Below the pieces are notes generated by a model. That model saw only the letters and a list, made by a program, of their open reading frames with translations. It was not told where the DNA came from and did no database searches. Position numbers and translations under genes: made by a program. Positions 40,231 through 49,363 of a stretch of 64,000 nt of DNA are shown piece by piece. Source of the stretch: Eledone cirrhosa. Its lineage: Eukaryota. The stretch lies in the NCBI GenBank assembly GCA_964016885.1, contig OZ024753.1, positions 62,001 to 126,000 on the forward strand. Direction: 5' to 3'. Every line of letters begins with the position of its first letter. Position 1 is the first letter of the stretch.

Positions 40231-41167
40231 GACTTGTTGAAATTTAAACATCAACTAGGTAGATATGTATGCATGTGTGTGCAGCTATCCATCTATTTGT
40301 GTGTGCTTGTGTTCCTTTTCACTTATGTGTGCATCTGTATATGCTTAGTATTTAGATGCACATCATCTCCAATGTTTCAAATATTTTTTATCATACTTAC
40401 ATCGATTATACTTCGAATTACAAATATAGTCGTCTTCTTTCTATTTCTCTAAAGCAAAGCTTCACAACTAATATGAACGTATAGTCAGGGTCGACCATGT
40501 GCAAATGTTTCCTTATTTCTGCATAGAGAGTAATATAGATAAACAAATTATATTATCTTCACCAACAAACGCTATATTGTCTCTCACTTTCAAGGATACG
40601 CTTTTGCAATAAAACAACAGGAAATAAAGACAAACTATCTGATTCCCTAATATATAATATTATATTGGTATCTGCTTGGCAGCGAACTCCAACTGCTGGG
40701 CGTCGTCTGTTATGCTTCCGATTCATTGCTTTTCACCGGAACAATCCACAACTACTCTTTCTATGTCTTAAAACGTTTGCTGTAACTCCCAATGTTTACT
40801 CTCGGGGATGACCTTTCTAGGGATTGCATTCTTCACACTTTTCGCCACATCTTTCCACAGCTTCTTCACATCGGTCACATCTTCAATGTTCAATCTGCAC
40901 AATTTCCACTTCTTTTCACATCTAGGTCTTTTGTGTACATCCCTATCTATTCTGTGACTCAGTTAGTCTTAGTTTCAAGTTCTTATATTGTAAAATAATC
41001 TTTCAACATGGGAGACAATATAGCACTTGTTGCTGAAGATAGACTTTTATCCTCTATATTATTCTCACTCTCCAGCTTCCAGGTAACATATCCATGCATA
41101 ATATTTGTGTGTGTGTGTCGTAATTTGTCTATATTTGAGAAAAGGATAATGATAAAAAGATATATAC

Positions 41168-41470
41168 AGGGAGGAGGAGAGTGACTTGGTGGTGGAACAA
41201 TATGGTAGATGAGGCAGTTAAGGTTAAGCGACAGGCATGGAAAGAATGGAAGAACAGGGCACATTACATAGAGACCAGGAGGGAAGCTAGGCGACAAGTA
41301 TACTTAGCTAGAAGGGAGGTAGAGGATAGGAAATTCAAGCATGTTTTGCAACACGAGGAACAGAAACAGGAGGTGTTCCAGATTACGAGGCAGTGTGTCA
41401 GAGAGAATTGTGATGTCATTGGAGAGAAGTGTTTCCAGAATGATAAAGGTGAGCTTGCATTCACAAGTGC
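41168..41470 (+). pseudogene. RTE linker fragment, close to the 49.4 kb copy
   Basis: RRRVTWWWNNMVDEAVK...NDKGELAFTSA. Confidence 0.9.
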
Positions 41471-42968
41471 CCTATCCATATAGGAGGTAGCAGAGCGGAA
41501 GCCAAACAACATAGGCCAGTCTCCCTGACGTCACATATCAGTAAGGTCATGGAGCGAATCGTCAGAAAGAAACTGATCACTTTCCTCGAGGAAAATGACT
41601 GCCTGACTAACACACAGCATGGCTTTCACCCAGGAAGAAGCTGCCTTACACAGCTGCTACATCATTAAGACTGGGTACTGAAACAACTGCTTGACAGCTC
41701 ACATGTGGACATGATATATCTGGACTTTGCGAAGGCCTTTGACAAAGTCGACCACGGAATGATATGTCACAAACTACACGGACTCACCATAACTAGAAAA
41801 GTAGGTGAGTGGCTGCACGACTTCTTAAAGGAGAGAAGCCAGACAGTCGCAGCAAACGGGGGCCCTCTCAAAGGAATTATCAATAACAAGTGGGGTTCCC
41901 CAAGGCACAGTCCTGGGACCACTACTGTTTTTGGTGGCTCTCTCAGACATACCCTCTGTAGTACATACAACAACATCCCTCACTAGCTATGCTGATGACA
42001 CTAAGGTAGCACAGGAAATCAAAAACCCGGCTGACTCTGCCCTTTTACAACAAGGGCTGTATGCCATATACAAATGGGCAGAAGACAACAACATGCAGTT
42101 TAATGCTGGCAAATTCCAAGTGCTACGCAATTCCTGCAAACACAAATACAGTACAACACAGTTACACCGGACCAGGAGGGACCGATATGACCGATATCCC
42201 TGGGTAAAAATCGATATGAGACTTGGGTATAGACATGAGCGATGATGCATCTTTTTCCTCTCACATCATGAAAGTGGCGACAATGTGCAGACGACTCGCT
42301 GGCTGGATCTTGAAGACTTTCCGGACAAGAGACCGAGACACCATGTTGACACTATGGAGGACATTTGTCCTAAGCCGCCTGGACTATTGCTCCCAGTTGT
42401 GGTCACCCCATAGTGTCAAACTAACCACGGAGCTTGAGGCAATCCAGCGAAGCTACACCAAGAAGATTGTGACTATGAAGGAGATAAGCTACTGGGCGAG
42501 GCTAAAAGAACTGAACCTCTACTCCTTGGAATGAAGACGGGAGAGATACGCAGTGATCTACATGTGGAAAATCCTGGAGGGACTAGCACCAAACTTTGGC
42601 ATTGGCAGCTGGACCAACTGCCGAACAGGACGTCATTGTGTGGTGCCAAAGATCCCGTCTTCCATATCTAGAATAAGGAGCAGATATTGCAAAAGTCTGG
42701 GGTTCAAGGACCCTCAACTCTTCAACAAGCTGCCAAGGGATTTGAGAGATCTGCATGGTGTGGATGTCTTCAAGAAACATGTCGACACCTTGCTATACAA
42801 GATCCTAGATGAGCCCACAGCAAGGCACGAGGGAAACCTAAGGGCAGCAGCAATGAACTCCCTGTTGCACCAGTGGTCAACCAATACAGGCTGGAGATTA
42901 AATGTGTAGCAACAAGGGCGGTGCCCCAGCATAGCCTCAGCCGGATGGCTGGAACAGGTAAAAAGAGT
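41471..42968 (+). mobile_element. 5'-truncated CR1-group LINE (ORF2 RT plus 3' end), decayed
   Basis: RPVSLTSHISKVMERI, QHGF.PGRSCLTQLL, YLDFAKAFDKVDH, GVPQG, YADDTK, RLDYCSQLWSPH, LYSLE*RRERY; tail ggtgccccagcat...aggtaaaaagagta. Confidence 0.92.
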
Positions 42969-42969
42969 A

Positions 42970-43004
<35 letters not shown>

Positions 43005-43009
<5 letters not shown>

Positions 43010-43382
43010 AAGTGTTAAAACGATCAAATTTTAGTTTAGAACATTTATTTGCTGACAATTGTTTCTTCCAGAAACATGTTACTAAAATCCTATCATTCAG
43101 AACATTTAAGATACATAATTGTTATTAGTGTCAAAGGCATCATGTGGAGAATCAGGAGTTAAAAAGATGTTCTGCTTGAAAGAACACAATTACAGGCAGC
43201 ACTGGTTGGAAGTGTAATAGGTATAAGTAAAAAGCACAAGCAAAAAAATCACAGGCATAAAAGTTATAAGCAATGTTTCAACATTCCTTATGCTCCGATG
43301 ATTCCAGACTTCCCTCTGGAAGAAACAATTGTCAGCAAATAAATGTTCTAAAGTAAAATTTGATCATTTTAACACTTTGTAT
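43005..43382. mobile_element. 378-bp element with 68-bp inverted repeats containing a hammerhead (Penelope-like inverted pLTR arrangement)
   Basis: 43005-43072 is the reverse complement of 43315-43382 with 2 mismatches. Confidence 0.75.
43291..43337 (+). ncRNA. Minimal type I hammerhead ribozyme, variant core CCGAUGA
   Basis: Stem I tgct/agca; CCGATGA; stem II ttccaga-cttccc-tctggaa; GAAA; palindromic stem III caattg; GUC cleavage triplet; AATAAA follows. Confidence 0.75.
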
Positions 43383-43459
43383 CTCGGTTCTGTAAAACAC
43401 TTGAAAACTTGCATTGAGCCTTTTGTCATACCGGTAACCTTCCAGATCATTATATGGAA

Positions 43460-43690
43460 GGTCATCTTCAGGGCTAAGAGAAAGAAAATACAGCGATCTG
43501 AAGAAAGTGAAGAAGTTTGGCATGCCCGTCTAGCTGCTAACAGAGCCCAAACAGCTTTACCAAGAGCACACAGTTTGGATGAAAGGGAACAAAGGACTAC
43601 TGCTACTCGAGAACAACAAATTAAGGAACAACAGCAAATCAGACGAAATGCTAATCAAGCACATCGTTTTACTGCCTGAGCAGGAGAACA
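43460..43690 (+). pseudogene. Possible Helitron Rep-helicase N-terminal fragment (Arg/Glu/Gln-rich)
   Basis: RSEESEEVWHARLAANRAQTA...DEREQR resembles ET.EER.ARL repeats of Helitron proteins; no Rep or helicase motif seen. Confidence 0.35.
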
Positions 43691-43800
43691 AGCCACAAGT
43701 AGAATAAACTGGCTGATGGGGGCTTTTTCTGATGGGGTTATGTTAGCCATCCGAAACAAAGAGGAGCCCTTGCATTCTCGTCCATGAGGTGAATTTGTCT

Positions 43801-44552
43801 TTATGTATGTGTACGTATGTGTGTGTATGTATGTATATGCATGTATGTGTATGTATGTATGTATATGCATGTATGTATATGCATGTATGTATATGCATGT
43901 ATGTGTATGTATGTATGTATGTGTATGTATGTATGTATATGTATATATGTATGTGTATATATGTGTATATGTATATGTATGTATGTATATATGTGTGTAT
44001 GTATGTATGTGTGTATGTATGTATGTGTGTATGTATGTATATGTGTGTATGTATGTATATGTGTGTATGTATGTATATATGTATGTGTGTATGTATGTAT
44101 ATATATATGTGTGTGTATGTAAATATGTATGTGTGTATGTATATATGTATGTGTGTGTATATATGTATGTGTATATATATATGTATGTGTATATATATAT
44201 GTATGTGTATATATATATGTATGTGTATATATATATGTATGTGTATATATATATGTATGTGTATATATGTATGTATGTGTATATATGTATGTATGTGTAT
44301 ATATGTATGTATGTGTATATATGTATGTATGTGTATATATGTGTGTGTGTGTATGTATGTGTGTGTGTGTATGTATGTATGTATATGTATGTATGTATAT
44401 GTATATATACTTGTGTATATGCTTATGTATGCGTATGTATGTATATGTATATATATATGTATGTATGTATATGTATGTATATGTGTATGTATATGTGTAT
44501 GTATGTATGTATGTGTGTGTATGTATGTATGTATGTGTATGTATATGTATAT
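43801..44552. repeat. Compound TA/TG microsatellite (paralogue at 53063-53535)
   Basis: tatg/tgta/tata arrays. Confidence 0.95.
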
Positions 44553-44880
44553 GGAGGCACATGGCTTAGTGGTTAGAGCATTGGCCTGGCAATCGAAAGG
44601 TTGTGAGTTCAATTCTCAGACCGGGTGATGTGTTGTTTCCTTGAGCAAAACACTTTATTTCACATTGCTCCAGTTTACTCAGCTGTAGAAATGAGATGAT
44701 AGGGACTAGGGTCCATATCATTCCACTGCAAAGTGGTCGTGGAGGTGCCATGGCAAAAAAGCACCCAGCACTCACTGTAAATGAGGTTGGTGTTAGGAAG
44801 GGCATCCAGCTGTAGAAATCAAGCCAGAATCAGTTCCCGTCCCACCCTTGCAAGCAGGGAAAAAGCGGACTTAAAACGAA

Positions 44881-44912
<32 letters not shown>
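44553..44912 (+). mobile_element. tRNA-derived SINE with RTE tail and (GAT)n
   Basis: ggaggcacatggcttagtggttagagc...gagttcaattc; same family as 34150. Confidence 0.92.
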
Positions 44913-44913
<1 letters not shown>

Positions 44914-45169
44914 TATGTATGTATGTGTATATGTATGTATGTATGTATATGTATGTATGTGTATGAGATGCAGCTTGGTTTTGTGCCGCTGAAAAGTGCA
45001 ACAGATGCCCTCTTCTTAGTGAGACAACTACAAAAGAGGTTCTTAGAGAAAAATAAGCCACTAAACTTAGCTTTGGACATAGAGAAGGCTTTTGATAGAG
45101 AACTCTTATAAATGACAACATATATATACGTGTGTGTATATATATGTTTTTTTTAAAACTATATATTTA

Positions 45170-45480
45170 TTACTCCCTTAAGCAGAAGAAATATATTCCC
45201 AGATATCGAAGATTACCACAATAACTAGGGAGCGGAAGTCAAAAGATGCTGGACATTGCTGCTGAGGGTAGGATGACCTGATGAGCTGGCTCCTGTGGTG
45301 GATACCTAAACATAGTAAGACCCAAGTGGGATGACTGAGGTTCACCTACATATATCAGATGTCTCTGGATCTCCAGCTAGAGATTAATGATCTCAGGAAT
45401 GCCATGAAAAATCGTGACATCTAAAAAAGAAGAGTAGAATTGTTCTGGCCAATCCACCTGACCTAATAAACAATAATAAT
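45170..45480 (+). pseudogene. RTEX-like LINE ORF2 C-terminal relic (paralogue ~54150-54460)
   Basis: KITTITRERKSKDAGHC, LLWWIPKHSK.QVG, TYIYQM...DLRNAMKNRD. Confidence 0.6.
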
Positions 45481-45559
45481 ATTAATATATATTGATGAAA
45501 ATTAATTATGGTGAAATATCTTAGAAATCATTCTCAGAGGTTTTGTATTGTAATCCACA

Positions 45560-47558
45560 CTTGCTCATTGTGGCTTCTGATGCAGACATCATGTCCGCCA
45601 TCAGGTCCTTCCCAGCTAGCAGCTGCGGAGATGTTGATGGTCTCTGACCAGGCCTCCTCAAGGAGTTCATATCTCCCCTCTCCGCTGAGGCCGGGCGCCG
45701 CCTTCTGAGTGCAATTGTGGCGCTCACCAATAGGCTCATCCATGGCGCCCTGGACTCTTATGCTCGAGGCCTCTTTTTTTCGGCCAGCCTCACCGCTCTC
45801 AGGAAGAAAGAGGATGGCATACGCCCCATTGCTGTGGGCAATGTCTTCCGGAGGCTGGCTGCCAAGGTAATCTGCAAGTCCGTAACACTCGGAACCGGCA
45901 TCCAGGGCCTCCAGCCACCTCATTGTCAAGTTTGACATGAGGAATGCCTTCAACTCTTTACGCTGGGATCATCTGCTCGAGGCCTGCCTCAGCCGAGCCC
46001 CCTCTGCCTACCTGTCATATGGAGCCCCAAGCATGCGCCATGCTGCTGATACGGTCATACCCTTGGCTACTGGGATCCAACAGGGCAACCCTTTGGGACC
46101 CCTCCTGTTCACCCTTGGTATTGACCACATCGCCTGGAGTATAACGGCCCCTCTCAACGTTTGGTATCTGGATGATGCTACTTTGGGTGGGCCCGTACAG
46201 GCGGTCTGCCATGACCTTCAATCGGTGGTTCCTGCCCTGGCGGGAATCGACCTCCAGGTCAACTCAGCCAAGTCGGAGGTGGTGAATGTCAGCCTCGATG
46301 CTGCAAGCTTTGCAGTCTCCGTCTTGGACGTGCGGTCCATTCTCCGCCAGGTTCAGGTGACCCCCCAAAGAGGATGCCCTCACCGATCCACCCGCCGGCC
46401 ATCCGCTCCTCCATCAAGTCCAGACTCTCACGAGCCGACTGGGCTTGATTGATGGCCACCCAGTTCTCTTTCTGCTGAGGAACTGCTACGCCATGCCGAA
46501 GCTCCTCTATACACTCTGTGCTACACCTAAACTTGTATCCGAGAAGCAGCCGATGAGATATGCAACTTTACCTGTCAGGTATGGCGGCCTTCGCCTCCAG
46601 TCCCCGATCTCACTAGCTTTGCCGGCATATCTTTCGTCGGTAACCTTGTACCACGTCCTCCTCAGCAGGGTTCTTCAAAACACAACAGAACCCTCTGTGT
46701 TCAGAGAACGCGTGGCCGCCTGTGAGACGTGGGACCGGCTGGGACTTAGCCCAGTAGACGTTCCTCCTCTTTCTCCCCCTGTTGACGTCAAGTCCCCCCC
46801 AACACACTTGGGATGCCATCCAGTGCAGCCTGGCCTCAGACAGGCTCACGCGCCAGCTCGACCAGCACCGCCTTGTTTGTTTTCGTGCAGCCTCCAAACC
46901 CCACAGTGGGGCCTGGCTCCATGCCCTGCCCTCCTTCTCCACTCGCACGCAGCTAGACAACAATAGCTTGCGCATCGGCGTTTCCCTGAGGCTCGGCCTC
47001 ACACCAATGTCGCTGCCGTTCCACCATGGACTCTTTCGGCCTCCACCCGCTTTCCTGTCGCCACAGTGCCAGCCGCAATCCACGCCATGCTGCCCTCAAC
47101 GAAGTCATTAAGCATGGCTTGGACGCTGCAGGCTTCCCTTCCCAGCTCGAGAGGACGGCAAAAGGCTAGATGGCATGACCATCTTCCCGTTCCGCGGTGG
47201 CAAACCCCTCGTCTGGGATGCCACTTGCACCGACACTTTCTGCAGCCGCAACCTGGTGCAGTCTGCGACTGGCCCAGGTTCTGCTGCACGTCAGGCTGAG
47301 AGGGCCAAACTCCTCACATATCGTTCACTCTCCGACAGGTTTGCGGTCGTACCCCTGGAAGTGGAGACTTCTGGTGTCCTCGGCCCCAGGGCTACCTCCT
47401 TACTCACCACCATAGGCGCTGAGCTGGCCAGCCGCAGGTGTGAGCCCCGCGAGTTGGAGTGGCTTTTCCAGCGCGTCTCCCTTGCCGTGCTCCGGGGAAA
47501 CGCCTTCTCCATTCTGTCCGCCGGGGCTGTGGGTGGGTCCCATCGCGTACCATTATGA
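45560..47558 (+). mobile_element. CRE-clade non-LTR retrotransposon relic (RT plus restriction-like endonuclease), 5'-truncated and frameshifted
   Basis: RSFPASS, RPIAVGNVFRRLAAK, DMRNAFNSL, GIQQGNPLGPLLF, WYLDDATLGG, LPVRYGGL, SGAWLHALP, DGMTIFPFRGGKPLVWDATCTDT, AERAK..Y, VETSG, FQRVSLAVLRGNA. Confidence 0.9.
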
Positions 47559-48551
47559 ATGTATACAAAACAACTAAATCTCTTAAATAACTTCACTTAT
47601 ATCCAAAACATGATTTGTATGTACATCAACAGTGACTCATTATTATACGCCAGTCACGACCCCACTGCAAAAACGATATCTATATAACAACCCCACCGTA
47701 AAACTACTCTTCCCCACTTTACAAACACTTTATATTATTTGTCATTAAGGTTTCTTAAAATAAATATATATACGTATGTGTAGTAATTAGTACGGGGGCT
47801 CAGAGAAGGGACTAGAGTGCCTTTATGGAGGGCACATGGGACCAGCAAAGTCCTAAAAGTAGAGACCAGTAAATGAGATAAGGTCCTAGCTATGTTAAGA
47901 ATATAAATAAGAAACATGTTCTATACATTTAAGAAGACAAGAGAAACATGTTCTAAACAGTTAAGAAATAATTATTTACCTCTTTCATGTCGGTAATATA
48001 GCGGTGTTATAAAACTAATTATAACGACCGGTGTTAAAATAGAGAGAGATAGACAGATAAATGTGTGTCACACTCTCACCCTCTCTTTAAATCTTTTACA
48101 CTATCTAACTCGTACTTCTCACACTCTCTTTAAATCTTTTACTCTATCTACCTCTCATTTCTATCTGTGTATGTATGTATGTATCTGTCTATGTGTAACT
48201 CGGTGTACTGGAGCAATATGAAGTGAAGTGTCTTGCTCAAGAAGACATTTTGTGGAGTTATATCATCGTTTCTTGTTATAAAGCTACTTATACTACCGGC
48301 GTAACAGTGGCTATAGGTGATAGATGTAGAAATAAAAGGCTGTAACAGCGATATAAATATAGATGAAATAGTTTACCACGAGACTAAGAATGAATGTTTA
48401 ATGGAATTAAGTGTAATCTAATAGGAAATAAGAGGCTAGAGCAGCGAAATGTTTACGTAAAATAAAAGAACAACAAACAAGAGTGCAACATTGAAATTTT
48501 TTTTTTTTTTTTGTCGATATAAGCGTTATTTTATGCGCGATTTGCCTTGCT

Positions 48552-48640
48552 GCCGGCGCTGCTTAGTCAGTAGCAGCCCCGCTTACGAAGTTCAGGAGCC
48601 AACGACTTTACATGGTTCGAATCTCACCCTCTCCGCTCTT
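48552..48640 (+). mobile_element. tRNA-like SINE head (paralogue 57555-57640)
   Basis: A-box-like gttgctcagtcagtag (copy 2) and B-box-like ggttcgaatct ~55 nt apart; no proper cloverleaf. Confidence 0.45.
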
Positions 48641-49363
48641 GTCGAGTTATCTCCTACTCTTTTTACTTAGTTCCAGGTCATTAAAATAGAGCAAAGAGGG
48701 CGCGGCGATCGGCATATGCACTGGCTACAATGTTGTACTTTGGTACTGACTGCGTAGTTGAACGTTCCACATACCAACCGCCCAACTGGCCAGTCAACCG
48801 CATATGCGGCTGGCTGGCCGGTTGGGTAGTTGGCATATGTACTGGCTACCATGCTGAAAATTGTACTGACTGTCAAGTTGAACGTTCTAACCCTCTCTTT
48901 ACATCTATTACTCTATCTACCGCTTAGTTCTCCCCCTCTCTTTACTTCTATAACTCTATCTCCCACTCTCTTTACATCTATTACAGTGTCTCCCTGTATA
49001 TATACACGTATATATGCACTAGATTTTATAAGAAATCTACGTAATAATATAATTAACAATAGTTGATGAATTAGACCAGAGTTAATTAAACAATAAATAT
49101 GAATGAAATAGCAGTAGATGGCGAAACTTGAGTGTTGTGTGTGCATACATATATATGAGGTAAACTGGTTCAAATACTGTCAGGATTATATTGGATCAAA
49201 GACTGTATTAAATAGAAAGTAAAAAATGAAGTGAAAATATAAAAACAAACTGAAAATTTCCCCATCCCTAGAAAAATTCATATCTTGTTATATATAGATA
49301 ATTGGCGCTTTAAATTGAATAAATATTCATTTATATATATATATATGTATATATATATGTACA

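Noticed and set aside
40780-40980. Possible very old LINE C-terminal relic on the minus strand (RPRCEKKWKLCRLNIEDV)
   Set aside because: Too short and degenerate to assign by eye
45270-45330. CTGATGAG hammerhead core candidate (also ~54259)
   Set aside because: No GAAA/stem III follows; lies in an RTEX-like coding relic
45560-47558. Bacterial contamination, retron or group II intron suggested by high GC and RT
   Set aside because: Motifs are those of eukaryotic CRE/RLE non-LTR elements and it is duplicated together with host repeats
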